Of a DNA stretch of 64,000 nucleotides, positions 20,665 to 31,325 are shown in pieces; position 1 is the first letter of the stretch; each line of letters starts with the position of its first letter. Below the pieces are notes generated by a model. It was not told where the DNA came from, ran no database searches, and saw nothing but the letters and a program-made list of their open reading frames with translations. A program made the translations under genes and the position numbers. The stretch is from an uncultured Candidatus Rokubacteria bacterium (GTDB taxonomy: Bacteria; Methylomirabilota; Methylomirabilia; Rokubacteriales; CSP1-6): positions 378,370 to 442,369 of the forward strand of contig CAVPPZ010000012.1 in the NCBI GenBank assembly GCA_963707305.1, in the 5' to 3' direction.

Positions 20665-21406
20665 ATGCCGCGGGCCGCCCTCGTCGTCGGCGTGCTGGCC
20701 GCCCTGGCCGGCGTGGCCGGCGCCGCGGAGCCGCGGGCGGCGCTCGAGCGCTTCCTCGCACGCACCGCGGGCACGACGCTGCGCGACCTCACCCTCGAAC
20801 AGGATCTCACCGTGTTCAATCCGGAGGGCCGCGCGGCGTTCGCGACCGGGACCCAGCGCCTCGTGGTGAGGTTTCCGGACCAGCAGCGCGTCGAGCAGGT
20901 GGTCGAGGGCCGGAGCGAAGTGCGCTTGACCGTGCGCGGTCGCACGTGGCGGCGCGGTCCCGACGGCCAGCGTGACGACGCTGCCGACGGAGCGCGCGCA
21001 CGCGATCGCCCTCGCGGTGCCGCCCCAGCGCAGCGCGGACGAGGTCCTGGCGGAATGGCGCACCCTCGGCATTCGCGACGACCGCTCGCATGAAGCGCGG
21101 CTGTCCGGACGCCTCGTCACGGTGATCGGCGCGCAGGAGGGGGAGCGCGATCGCCCCGCCGCGTGGCTCGATCCGGAGTACGGGATCATGCGCTTCGTCG
21201 CGCGCGAGCCCGCGGACGCCGGCAGCGTGTTCACCGACATCTCGTTCTCGGATCATCGGCCGCTCATCGGTCCGGTGTTCTTCCCGTACCGCCAGGAGAC
21301 CTTCCGGTCCGGCAAGCTCATCGTCCGCTTGATCGTCCGCTCCGCCCGGGCGAACACGGCGCCGCCCGATTCGCTCTTCGATCCCACCGCGCTCGCTGCC
21401 CGCTGA
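20665..21406 (+). CDS. hypothetical exported protein (LolA-like fold suspected), one frame break
   Basis: Signal peptide MPRAALVVGVLAALAGVAGAAEP; two ORF pieces join near 20965; no recognised catalytic motif. Confidence 0.45.
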
Positions 21407-21415
21407 GAGGGGGCG

Positions 21416-21989
21416 TCAGCGGGAGACGTGCGGGTCGCCGGCGATCCAGAACCGTGAGCGGCAACGAGCGCGAGCGGGTGATGCCGATCCTCGGGCCACG
21501 CGCGATGCGGAAGTCGCGCGGACCGTCCGGGGGCTCGATCGTGAGCGATCCCGTGACGAGATCCGCGCCGTTGTCGCGCAGGCTCACGCCGAGCGCGCGC
21601 GTGACGTTCCCGGGACCGCTCGCGAGCCGCGGCGAGCCCGCCACGACGCCGCGGCGTCGCGCCATCGCGCGCAGGCCGGCCACCGGCGCGAGCGCGCGGA
21701 TCAGCACGCAGCCCGGCTGTCCCGCGCGCCCCGCGATCGCGTTGAGGCACGCGTGGAGTCCGTAGGCCGGGAACACGTAGGCGATGCCTCCCTCACCATA
21801 GAAGAGGTGGTGGCTGCCGGGCCGGAACGCGGCGTGCGAGGCTTCGTCCTCGGGCCCGAGATACGCCTCGGTCTCCACGATGCGCCCGGCGGTGACGGTG
21901 CGGCCGCGACGCGAGATCAGCACGCAGCCGAGCAGGTCGCGCGCGACGGCGGGCGCCCGGCGGAGATAGAACCGGCGCGGCAGGGTCAC
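21416..21989 (-). CDS. DNA-3-methyladenine glycosylase (Mpg/AAG family), one frame break
   Basis: FYLRRAPAVARDLLG..GRIVETEAYLGPEDEASHA..FYGEGGIAYVFPAYGLHACLNAI..PGNVTRALGV. Break ~21470; corrected C-terminus RFWIAGDPHVSR. Confidence 0.8.
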
Positions 21990-23233
21990 TAAACTGCCAG
22001 CCGCTCCTTGACGAGGCGCCGGAGGCTCTCCATGTCGAACGCGCGCGCCTCGCGGGACGGCGCGGCGGCCTCGGTCTTGAGCCCCGTCTCGGTGATCACG
22101 ACGCAGAACCGCTGCGCGGGATCGATCCGCCGCTCGTCGAGCAGCCGCGCGAGGACCGCGAGCGCCGCGACGCCGGTCGGCCCCGCCCACACCCCTTCGA
22201 CGCGCGCGAGCCGCCGCTGCATGGCGAGGATCGCGTCGTCGTCCGCGTCGGCCGCGTCGCCACCGAGCTCGCGCAGCAGGCGCAGCGCCCACGCTCCCTT
22301 CCGGCCCGGATCCCCCGCCGCGAGGCCCTCCGCGACCGTGTAGCCGATCGTGAGCGGCGTGATCGCGCCGCCGGATCGGAACGCGCGGACGACCGCGTTC
22401 GCCTGCGTGGCTTGCGCGGCCACCATCCGCGGCGCGCGCGCGATCCAGCCCGCCTCGGCCATCTCGCGGAAGCCGCGCGCGGCCGCGATGAACGTCTCGC
22501 CCACGGCGAGCGGCGCCACGACGACGTCGGGCACGGTCCAGCCGCTCTGCTCGGCGATCTCGTACGCGAGCGTCTTCTTGCCCTCGTGCTTGTACGCGTT
22601 GCGCGAGGCGCCGCCGTCGAAGAACCAGTGCTCGCCGACGAGCGCGTCCCACAGCGTGATGAGGTCGTCGTACACGCCCTCGTAGAGCACGAGGTCCGGC
22701 GTGGTGGCGGCCATGTGCAGCAGCTTCGGGGCGGCGGCGCGCGCGTACGCGAAGATGAGCGTGCGGAGGCCGGCCCGGGCGCCGTACGCGGCGATCGAGG
22801 AGCCCGCGTTCCCCGAGCTCACCACCGAGATGGCGTGGAAGCCGAACTGGAGCGCGGCGGCGACCGCGGTCACGGACGATCGATCCTTCACGGTGCCCGT
22901 GGGATTCGGTCCTTCCAGTTTCAGCGCGAGCGCACGCACGCCGAGCTCGCGCGCGAGCCGCGGGCAGTCGAGGAGCGGCGTGTCCCCTTCGCCCAGGGTG
23001 ATCCGATGGGCAGGGTCCGCGATCGGCAGCACCGGCGCGTAGCGCCAGAGTCCGCGGCCTTCGAAGAGGCTGGGACCGTGCCGTCGCATGGCCGCCAGGT
23101 CGTAGCGCAGCTCGAGGAGCCCGCGGCAGGCCTCGCACTCGAGGCGATACCCGAGCGCGTGCTCACGGCCGCAGTCGATGCAGGTGAGCGTCGTGGCCAG
23201 CGACTCAGTCATTTGACGGCCATGGGACGTCAA
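21989..23233 (-). CDS. threonine synthase-like PLP enzyme with N-terminal zinc ribbon
   Basis: CIDCGRE..CEACRG; PLP-lysine block NPTGTVKDR; SSGNAG. Intact 414-aa ORF. Stop overlaps the mpg GTG start by 1 nt. Confidence 0.75.
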   Translation of the reverse strand: MTSHGRQMTESLATTLTCIDCGREHALGYRLECEACRGLLELRYDLAAMRRHGPSLFEGRGLWRYAPVLPIADPAHRITLGEGDTPLLDCPRLARELGVRALALKLEGPNPTGTVKDRSSVTAVAAALQFGFHAISVVSSGNAGSSIAAYGARAGLRTLIFAYARAAAPKLLHMAATTPDLVLYEGVYDDLITLWDALVGEHWFFDGGASRNAYKHEGKKTLAYEIAEQSGWTVPDVVVAPLAVGETFIAAARGFREMAEAGWIARAPRMVAAQATQANAVVRAFRSGGAITPLTIGYTVAEGLAAGDPGRKGAWALRLLRELGGDAADADDDAILAMQRRLARVEGVWAGPTGVAALAVLARLLDERRIDPAQRFCVVITETGLKTEAAAPSREARAFDMESLRRLVKERLAV

Positions 23234-23243
23234 GATTCAACGG

Positions 23244-24233
23244 TCATCCGCGTCCGAGGCGATCGCGCATCGCCGCGATCATCTCTTCGAGGCGGTGGCG
23301 GACCGTGTGTTCCGCCAGCGCGCGGCGCCGGGCGTTCTCGCCGATGGCGCGCGCTTCGTCGGGATGCGCGAGGTAGTAGATGAGCTGCCGCCGCAGCTCC
23401 GGAAGATCGCGGTACGCGACGACCTCTTCGCCGGGCTTGAAGAGATGGGGCAGCTCATCCTTCAGATCCACCACCTGGCAGGCGCCCGCCGCCGCCAGCT
23501 CGAACGTGCGCGTGTTGACGCCGACGACGTCGTTCATGGGGTGATGCGGGTTCAGCGAGAGCGTCGCCCCGCAGTAGATCGCGAGCTTCTCCCGGCCATC
23601 GACGTAGCCACCGGCCACCATCGACCCCAGCGCGGGGTCACCGCGGCGCCAGCCGGGCCCCCAGATCCGGAGGGGATAGTCCGACAGCGCGCGCACGAGC
23701 CGCTCCCGCGACGGATAGCGCGCGCCGACGAGGGCCACGATCCCGCTGAGCGCCGCGGCCTCCACGGCCTCGAGGGGCACCGGGTGGTGGAGCGACGGCA
23801 CGCAGTACATCGGGAGATACCAGAGGTTGTCCAGGCCGACGATCTCGAGCTGCCGCAGCGCGTAGCGCTCCTTGGTGAAGAAGATGTCGTACGGCTCGAT
23901 CTGCTCGAACGGCATCATCCACAACGGATTGTCGGGGAAGACATTGAGCAGGACCGCGCCGGTGTCGCTCTTCACGCGCCGCAGGACGTCCGGCCCGATC
24001 GGGCCGCCCTTGACGACCAGGACCACGTCGGGGCGCGCGTCGTGGCAGCGACGCTCGAGCTGGCGGTTCAGCGCGCGCTGGTAGGCGCGCTTCGTCGACT
24101 TGTTCTTGTAGAGGACGTTGTCCCGCCGATACGCGAAGGTCTCCACGTCGTGACCGAGCGCGCGGAGCTCCTCGGCGAAATCCATGCCCATCAGGCCCGC
24201 GCGCACGTACGGCATGACGACGAGCCACCGCAT
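23244..24233 (-). CDS. CgeB-like glycosyltransferase (DUF3880 / GT1-type C-terminal domain)
   Basis: Intact 329-aa ORF; C-terminal ..VNTRTFELAAAGACQVVD..FKPGEEVVAY, typical of CgeB-family proteins. Confidence 0.6.
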   Translation of the reverse strand: MRWLVVMPYVRAGLMGMDFAEELRALGHDVETFAYRRDNVLYKNKSTKRAYQRALNRQLERRCHDARPDVVLVVKGGPIGPDVLRRVKSDTGAVLLNVFPDNPLWMMPFEQIEPYDIFFTKERYALRQLEIVGLDNLWYLPMYCVPSLHHPVPLEAVEAAALSGIVALVGARYPSRERLVRALSDYPLRIWGPGWRRGDPALGSMVAGGYVDGREKLAIYCGATLSLNPHHPMNDVVGVNTRTFELAAAGACQVVDLKDELPHLFKPGEEVVAYRDLPELRRQLIYYLAHPDEARAIGENARRRALAEHTVRHRLEEMIAAMRDRLGRG

Positions 24234-24271
24234 GGCGCGATTAGCCTAGCATGCGGTCGGAAGCGGGAGAG

Positions 24272-25468
24272 CTACCGGACGGTCTGCTTGGAGCGCCGGC
24301 TCTTCGACGGCTTCGCGCGCCGGCTCGGCCGGCGCACGACGTCTTGCGGGGACGCCGAACGAGCGCGCGGGGTCGGGCTCGCGCCGTTCGTCGGCACGGG
24401 CGCGCCCTCCGAGGGTTTCGGCGTCGCCGCCTCGCGGAGCCGCGCCGCGAACGGCGGATCGACGAGCGCCGCGGTGCTCACGAGCACGGCGTCGGACCCC
24501 TCGTGCAGCAGGTGCAGCGCTCGCTCGGTCGTGGTGATGCCGCCGACCGCGAGCACCGCGCGGTCCCACGCCCCGGCCTTGCGCCACGCGAGCATCTCCT
24601 CGACCTGGCGCGCGCACACCGGGAACGTGTCGGCGCCGACGACGTCGGCGAGATCGCGCCCGAGGCCCTCGAAGGCCGACTTGCCCTCCTCGTCGGTGAC
24701 GCGACGGAGCACGCCGTGCACGAGCACGAAGCCGCTGGTCCACGGGGCGAGCTTCGTCGCGGTCTCGTGCAGCAGGCGCGGGGACCGGAACATGCCCACC
24801 TTGGCGAGGATCGGCTGGCCGATGCTCGTCCGGACGCGGTAGAGGATCTGCGCGGACAGGGGCACGTTCTCGAAGATCATCTGGGCGTGCTCGGCGAAGG
24901 GATCGGGCACCGCGAGGTGCACTTCGATCGCGTCGGCGCCGGCCTCCGCCGCCCACACCGCGCAGCGCGCATAGTCGGCGATCAGCGCCTCGTGGTCGCC
25001 GCCGGGCGGCAGCGTGCCGGCCACGCTCACGATCAGCAGCTGGCCCGTGGTGAGCGCGTCCTTCGCGCGGCGCACGTCCTTGCGCCAGACGTCCGGCTCC
25101 ATCGACGGCATGCCGAGCGACACGGCGAGCGTGACGCTGCCGTCGACGTGGGGACGCCGCAGCGCCACCGCGGCGTGCTCGCGGCTCTCGACCTGGCGGA
25201 TGTTCGGCAGCGGGTACGCCGGACGGAACGTGGAGGTGACGGTCGCGTACGTCAGCACGTCGTAGCCGATGCGCGCATAGCCGGCGACCCACTTCGAGTT
25301 CATGAGGGGACCGGCGGCGATGCCGAGACGTGAGGTGACGTCGTGATCGAACAGACGGCCGGGGGCCGCGGGCGGGAGGCGCCGGCCGCGGGGCAGCGCG
25401 GGCGCGTGGCCGTAGTTCCATGCGTACGACCGATCGACGCGGTACACCGTCTGGGGGATCGCGACCAC
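24272..25468 (-). CDS. dihydroorotate dehydrogenase-like TIM-barrel flavoprotein with basic C-terminal tail
   Basis: LGIAAGPL..., ..DAIEVHLAVP.., ..LAVGGITTTERALHLL..GSDAVLVSTA pattern of the DHO_dh family. The last ~50 aa are Lys/Arg/Ser/Pro-rich. Confidence 0.6.
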   Translation of the reverse strand: MVAIPQTVYRVDRSYAWNYGHAPALPRGRRLPPAAPGRLFDHDVTSRLGIAAGPLMNSKWVAGYARIGYDVLTYATVTSTFRPAYPLPNIRQVESREHAAVALRRPHVDGSVTLAVSLGMPSMEPDVWRKDVRRAKDALTTGQLLIVSVAGTLPPGGDHEALIADYARCAVWAAEAGADAIEVHLAVPDPFAEHAQMIFENVPLSAQILYRVRTSIGQPILAKVGMFRSPRLLHETATKLAPWTSGFVLVHGVLRRVTDEEGKSAFEGLGRDLADVVGADTFPVCARQVEEMLAWRKAGAWDRAVLAVGGITTTERALHLLHEGSDAVLVSTAALVDPPFAARLREAATPKPSEGAPVPTNGASPTPRARSASPQDVVRRPSRRAKPSKSRRSKQTVR

Positions 25469-25581
25469 TCCTTCCGTTTGCCTGAGCCCTTTGCGCTCCG
25501 ATTCCCCGGAACTCCGTTGGCAAACGACAGTATATCACGCACTTACGGTCGGCGATCCCTTTGGTATGACCTAACGAGGCT

Positions 25582-26572
25582 CTAACGAAACGCCGGGAGC
25601 ACCTCCTTCGTGAGCAGTTCGAGCTCTCGCATGATGTGCGCGTGGGGCATTCCGGGGAAGAACGTCCGGCAGATCAGGTGCGTCATGCCGTACTCGTCGA
25701 TGAATTTCCGGATCTTCGGGATCGACCTGATCGGGGCCGCCGATGATGAAGCGGTCCTCCATCAGCTTGTCGAGGTCGGTGGCGATGCTCGCGTCGATGA
25801 AGGGATGCCGCCAGCCGCCCGCGTACTCCTTGCGGTAGCTGATCATGATGTGCTGCTCGGCGAGCTCCCGCGCTTTCGCGTCGGTCTCGGCCACGATGAC
25901 GTCCCGCGTGAGCGGCCACTCCGTGATCGACGCGGTCCGGCCGGCGGCGGCGCGGTTCGCGAGGAACTGCTTCTTGCCCGCCAGGAGCCGCTTGAGGTCG
26001 GCCGTCGGCCCGGGGATCCAGTTGTCGGCGAGGGTCGCGGCGCGCCGGAGGGTGATGTCCCCCCATCCCCCGATCCAGAGCGGCGGATGCGGCTTCGCGA
26101 CGGGCTTCGGCTCGATGCGCCCCTCGACCGTGTAGTACGTCCCCTTGAAGCTGACCTTCTCCTGGGTCCACAGGCCCTTCATGATCGCGAGCTGCTCCTC
26201 GAAGCGGGCGCCGCGCTTCTCGAGGTCCACCCCGTACAGCGCGAACTCGTCGGGCTTGTAGCCGATCGCGATCCCCAGCACCGCGCGGCCGTTCGACATC
26301 ACGTCGAGCATGGCCACGTCCTCGGCGAGGCGCACCGGGTGGTGGAACGCCGCCACGACGATGTCGGTGCCGAGGATCATCCGCGACGTGCGCGTGGCGT
26401 AGCCCGCGAGCACGGTGAGCGGAGACGGCCAGTAGTGGTTGGTCACCGCGTGGTGCTCTTCCATCCAGACGGAGTCGAACCCGAGCTCCTCGGCGCGCGT
26501 GACCTCGTCCAGCGACTCCTTGTAGTAGTGCCCGCCCTCGATGGGGATGAAGCCGATCTTCAGTCTCGCCAT
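25582..26572 (-). CDS. LLM-class (luciferase-like) flavin/F420-dependent oxidoreductase, one frame break
   Basis: MARLKIGFIPIEGG..AEELGFDSVWMEEHH..LGIAIGYKPDEF..PPLWIGGWG. Break ~25735; corrected end ..HIMRELELLTKEVLPAFR. Confidence 0.8.
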
Positions 26573-26631
26573 GTCGCCCATTGTCCTACACCGTGCGACC
26601 GCGCTACGCTGCCCCACCACAGGAGGGTCCC

Positions 26632-26998
26632 ATGCCGGTCATCGCGGGCTTCGAGACGCTCACGCATCTTCCCGAGGAGAAGATCTCCGACCAGATCTCG
26701 CGCCGGGTGCTGTCGGGGGACAAGAGCATGATCGTCTGGTGGTCGATGAAGGCGGGCGCGCACGCGGCCGCGCATCAGCACCCGAACGAGCAGGTCTTCT
26801 GGGTCACGTCGGGATCGATGGACATCAGGATCGGCAGCGATCGCCGCGTCTGCAAGGCCGGGGACATCGGCGTCATCCCGGGCGGCGTCGAGCACGAGGC
26901 GTGGTTTCCGACGGACTGCGAAGTCATCGACGTGTTCGCGCCGCCGGCGCGAGGACTTCCTGACCGCGGAGGCCCCGGCGTACATGCGGAAGGGGTAG
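26632..26998 (+). CDS. cupin domain protein, one frame break near 3' end
   Basis: Cupin motifs AAHQHPNEQVFWVTSG and GVIPGGVEHEAWF. Break ~26945; corrected frame stops at TAG 26996-26998. Confidence 0.7.
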
Positions 26999-27033
26999 CA
27001 CAACGCGGTTCACCCCAGCGAGGAGGCACGGCC

Positions 27034-28140
27034 ATGCAACCAGGTTGGCTCAAGGAGTACTACCACCAGCACGTCATCGGCGAACAGGAGCATGGCGAAC
27101 AGGCGACGGCACCCTCGGACGGCGACGTCTCGCGACGTGACTTCGTCAAGACCGGCTTCGTGACCGGGATGGCGGCGGGCATGGCGGTCGCGCAGGCGAC
27201 GAGCGGCGCAGCGCCGGCCGCGGCGCAGCCAGCGACGAACCCGCTCTCGAACCAGTGGTGGCCGTCGCCGTTCGGCGCGCAGGACGAGCAGGGCGCCGGC
27301 CGCCGGATCACGCCGGCGAAGGTCCTCGAAGCCGCGAAGCTCATCAAGACCGGCAAGGTCTATCCGCTCGGCCGCGTTCTGGAGAAGGGAATCCCCGTGT
27401 TCGGCGAGCGGCTCGGCGCCCACGTCGTCATCCCCGGCACGCCGACCGGGGGCCCGTTCGGCAAGCACGGCTGTACTACCACGACGAGCTCTTCGTGGGT
27501 GAGATCGGGCAGGCGGGCTCGCAGTTCGACGGCCTCGGCCACATCGGGATGACGGCTGGCGACGGCAAGATCCGCTACTACAACGGGCTCACGCAGGAAG
27601 AGGTCGGCTCGCGCGTACGGCCTGAAGAAGCTGGGCGCCGAGCACCTGAAGCCGTTCTTCACGCGCGGCATCCTGCTCGACGTGCTCGCCCTCAAGGGCG
27701 GCGAGCGGCTCCCGATCAACTACGTCATCACCGTCGACGACATCGTCCAGACGCTGCGCCGCCAGAACATCAAGGAGCCGGGCGAGGGCGACGCCGTCAT
27801 CTTCAACACGGGCCACGGGAAGCTCTGGAAGAAGGACAACGCGGAGTTCAACAAGGGCTGCCCCGGCCCCGGCCTGACGGCCGGGCGCTGGCTCGCCGAC
27901 AAGAAGATCTGCGTGGTCGGCGCCGACACGTGGCCGGTCGAGGCGGTGCCGGGCGAGAACCCGGACCTGATCTTCGGCTGCCACGCGCTCTGGATCACCA
28001 TGAACGGCATCCACATCAACGAGAACCTCTTCACCGAAGACCTGGCGAAGGACAAGGTGTACGAGTTCGCCTGGTCGTTCAACCCGCTCCCGCTCAAGGG
28101 CGCGACGGGCTCGCCGGGGAACTCGGTCGCCATCGCGTAG
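27034..28140 (+). CDS. Tat-exported cyclase-family protein (kynurenine formamidase-like), frame broken twice
   Basis: AGGAGG RBS; twin-arginine motif SRRDFVKTG; GSQFDGLGHIG.. and ..ICVVGADTWPVEA... Breaks ~27470 and ~27615. Confidence 0.7.
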
Positions 28141-28164
28141 CCCTCGGAGGGGGGCATCGCCGAG

Positions 28165-28193
28165 TCGGAGGGGGCCTCGACGGCCCCCTCCGA
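28165..28193 (+). terminator. G/C-run hairpin downstream of the cyclase gene (no U-tract)
   Basis: tcggagggggcc / tcgac / ggccccctccga, 12-bp stem, 25 nt after the stop at 28140. Confidence 0.4.
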
Positions 28194-28261
28194 AACCTCC
28201 CCCAGGACGGATTGCGCCGGCGGAGCCGGCGCTCGAACCAGCGGGTGATATAAGGAAGCGG

Positions 28262-29843
28262 ATGGGCGATCAGTTCACGGCCGACGAACGCGCCCGGCTC
28301 GCTCCGCATTTCACGGATCTCGACGGGCCCGTCTTCGCGCTCACCGACCTTCCCGAAGTCGTCAAAGGCGCCTTGTTCGCGCGGTACTCGCGGTCGCCGA
28401 AATCGCTGCGGCGGTTGTGGCTCGACGAGTTCGGCGGCGAATACCGAAGCTGCGGGCTCGGCTGCCGTCGTCGACACGCGGCGCGCGGAGCAGCTGTACG
28501 AGAAGGTCTTCGTCGAGTACGGCGACGACTCCGTCGCGCAGCTCGGTGGCGTGCACCTCGCGGTCGAGGGCGCGTCGAACCTGCTCACCAAGGTGCTCGA
28601 GTGGGGCCGCCTCATGGCCTACCTCGAGCAATCGACGCGCTACATTCCGTACGACGATCGTCCCGACGGTCGCTGGCGCTACCACATCCCCGCGGAGCTG
28701 ACGGGCGCGCTGCGCGAGCGGTACGTGACCACGCTCGACGCGGCCTTCGCCACGTACGCGGCGTGGCTGCCGCGACTGCGCGAGTTCTTCACCGCGAAGT
28801 TCCCGCGCGCCGACGGCGACTCCGAGTCGGCGTACCGCATGACGATCCGCGCGAAGGCGCTCGACACGCTCCGCGGGCTCCTCCCCGCGGCGACGATCTC
28901 GAACGTCGGCATCTACGGCACCGCGCAGGCGTACGAGCAGCTCTTGCTCCGCATGCGCGCGCATCCGCTGGCCGAGGTCCGGACGTGCGCGGACGCGATG
29001 CTGCGCGAGCTGCGCAAGGTCATTCCCGCCTTCCTCAAGCGCGTGGACGCGCCCGACCGCGGCGTCGTGTGGTCGACGTACCTGGCGGAGACGCGCGCGG
29101 CGGTGGCGGACGTCACGCGAAGCGTGCTCACGGGTGTCGGCGCGGAGCCACGCGACGAGGTGACGCTGACGGAGTTCGATCCGGACGGCGAGGTGAAGGT
29201 GGTGGCGGCGGCGCTCTACGCGGCGTCGGCGCTGCCGGACGATCAGCTCCTCGCGATCGCGCGGCGGCTCACCGAGGCCGAGCGCACGGCCGTGCTCGAG
29301 GCGTACGTCGGCAAGCGACGCAACCGGCGCCATCGCCCCGGCCGCGCGCTCGAGCGCACCGCCTACCGCTTCGACATCCTGTCCGACTACGGCGCGTTCC
29401 GCGACCTGCAGCGCCACCGGCTGCTGAGCCTCGAGTGGCAGCGCCTGACGCCCGCGCACGGCTACGCGATGCCGGACGCGGTGAGCGAGGCCGGCGCCGC
29501 TGACGATTTTCGGCGCGTGATGGACGAGGGCGCCGCGCTCCACGACGCGATCGCCGCGGCGGGCCTGCCCGACGTCGCGTCGTACGCGGTGTCGCTGGCG
29601 TACCGCGTGCGCTTCTACATGGCGATGAACGCGCGCGAGGCGATGCACGTGATCGAGCTCCGGAGCGCCCCGCAAGGGCATCCCGCGTACCGGCGGATCG
29701 CGCAGACGATGCACCGCCTGATCGCCGACCAGGCGGGACATCGCGCGCTGGCCGCGGCGATGACGTTCACCGACCACTCCGCCGTCGACCTCGAGCGCCT
29801 GGAGGCCGAGCGCGCGGCCGAGCGGCGCCGCACGACGCGCTAG
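28262..29843 (+). CDS. thyX: FAD-dependent thymidylate synthase ThyX, long (~525 aa) form, one frame break
   Basis: ThyX motif RHRLLS (FRDLQRHRLLSLEWQ); N-terminal ALFARYSRS; break ~28445. Confidence 0.75.
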
Positions 29844-30378
29844 GACTCCTTCTTCACGATCACGCCGCACGCGATGCGGCTGCCGCTGTTCCCCGTGGGA
29901 TCGGTCTTGAAGTCGTCCGGCGCCGCGTGGATGACGAGCGCGCTGCCGTCGGCGTCGAAGAGCGACGTCGCTCCCGCGCCGAGCGCGATGCGGTCGGTCG
30001 CGGACTCCATCCGCCCGCTGCCGTCGGCCGCGATCGTGATGTTCGGCAGGTCCCCCGCGTGCGGGCCCTGCGGATTCATCATCCCGTGTTCCTTCTTCCC
30101 GGGATTGAAGTGGTCGCCCGCCGACGTGAACTGCGGCCCTTCGCACGTGCCCACCGCGTGGACGTGCACGGCCTTCGCGCCGGGCGGGAGCCCTTTCACC
30201 TCCACGACGATCCGGACGGTGCCGGAGACGTCGGTGAGGGTCGCGGTGCCGACGGATTGACCGGTCGCGTTCTTGAGGTCAGCGGTGGCCGAAGAGCCGG
30301 CGCCCGTCGGCTGCGATCACGGTGGCGCACCCGGCGAGCGACACGGCCACCATCGCACACAGCGAGCAGTCGGTGCAT
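29840..30378 (-). CDS. sodC: Cu/Zn superoxide dismutase lipoprotein, N-terminus frame-broken
   Basis: HVHAVGTCEG..AGDHFNP..HAGDLPN..ALVIHAAPDD..GNSGSRIACGVI. Lipobox SLAGC in the corrected N-terminus. Breaks ~30350 and ~30300. Confidence 0.85.
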
Positions 30379-30431
30379 GATCGCGGTCCTCCTCCTGCCA
30401 CGGTTGCGCATGTCGCGTGCCAGGGACGACG

Positions 30432-31325
30432 TCAGTGCCCGCGGCGCTGGTGGTGTCGGACGACGTGCTGGCCGGTTCGTTCGTCGTCGGTCAGCTCCGG
30501 CGCGCGACCGATCGACGCGACGTAGTACGCGAGGTCCCACAGCTCCGCGTCCTCGAGCACGAGGTGGTAGGACGGCATCGGCGTGCCGTCGAGCCCGGTG
30601 AGCAGGGTCCGCACGACGTCCGCGGGTCGAGGACCGCTCTTGAACGGCCGGCGCGTGAGGTCCGACGGCTTGATCTTGAGGTCCTTCGCCGATGGGCCGT
30701 CACCGCGGCCTTCGCGGCCGTGACACTCCCGACATTCCGCTTTCTCGTACACCGCGCGGCCGCGCGCCACCGCCTCCGCGCTCGCGGGCGGCGCCGGCGG
30801 CATCGGGATCGGGGCCGCGGGCGACATCGCGGTGAAGCGTGGCGAGAGCGTCTTGAGGTACGCGATCACCGCGTCGACCTCGGCCGGCTTCAGGTGATCG
30901 TTCGGCACCATGCCCGTGCCCGGAATCCCGCTCACGATCGTGCGGCGCAGATCCTCGTCGGTGGGCAACTGTCCGGAGGGCGTCGAGCGGAACTTGAAGC
31001 GCCCCGTGGTGAGATCGCGGGGCGCGCTCGCGAAGTGATGCGCGGCGTGGCCCTTGCCGTCGGCGCGCTCGCCGTGGCAGATGGCGCAGGTGTCCTCGTA
31101 CACCCGGCGGCCGAGCGCGGAGTCGCCGGCGGGCTGGGCGAGGGCCGCGGCTGCGAAGATCACCGCGGCCCCGCCCGCGAGCGCGAGGACGGCCCGGCAG
31201 TCGCGGAGCGGCCCGGCTTTGCCGGGCCGCGGAGTGCGGGGGCATGGGGGGTGCGTCCGTACCCCCCATGTCGCTAGTCGAGCACGAGGAGCTGGCCGAC
31301 CACGTGCGCGGGATGGAGGTGGCAC
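30432..31325 (-). CDS. di-haem c-type cytochrome (start uncertain)
   Basis: Two CxxCH sites (CAICH, CRECH). The only in-frame ATG (31325) overlaps the upstream gene by 52 nt. An ATG at 31245 in another frame suggests one more frame break. Confidence 0.7.
   Translation of the reverse strand: MPPPSRARGRPAPRARLATWGVRTHPPCPRTPRPGKAGPLRDCRAVLALAGGAAVIFAAAALAQPAGDSALGRRVYEDTCAICHGERADGKGHAAHHFASAPRDLTTGRFKFRSTPSGQLPTDEDLRRTIVSGIPGTGMVPNDHLKPAEVDAVIAYLKTLSPRFTAMSPAAPIPMPPAPPASAEAVARGRAVYEKAECRECHGREGRGDGPSAKDLKIKPSDLTRRPFKSGPRPADVVRTLLTGLDGTPMPSYHLVLEDAELWDLAYYVASIGRAPELTDDERTGQHVVRHHQRRGH
31243..31270 (-). other. 10-bp-stem hairpin between the cupredoxin and cytochrome c genes
   Basis: catggggggt / gcgtccgt / accccccatg immediately after the cupredoxin stop (31274-31276). 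Confidence 0.5.

Noticed and set aside
28362-30146. 594-aa minus-strand ORF
   Set aside because: Antisense to thyX, whose RHRLLS motif and conserved blocks identify the plus strand as coding.
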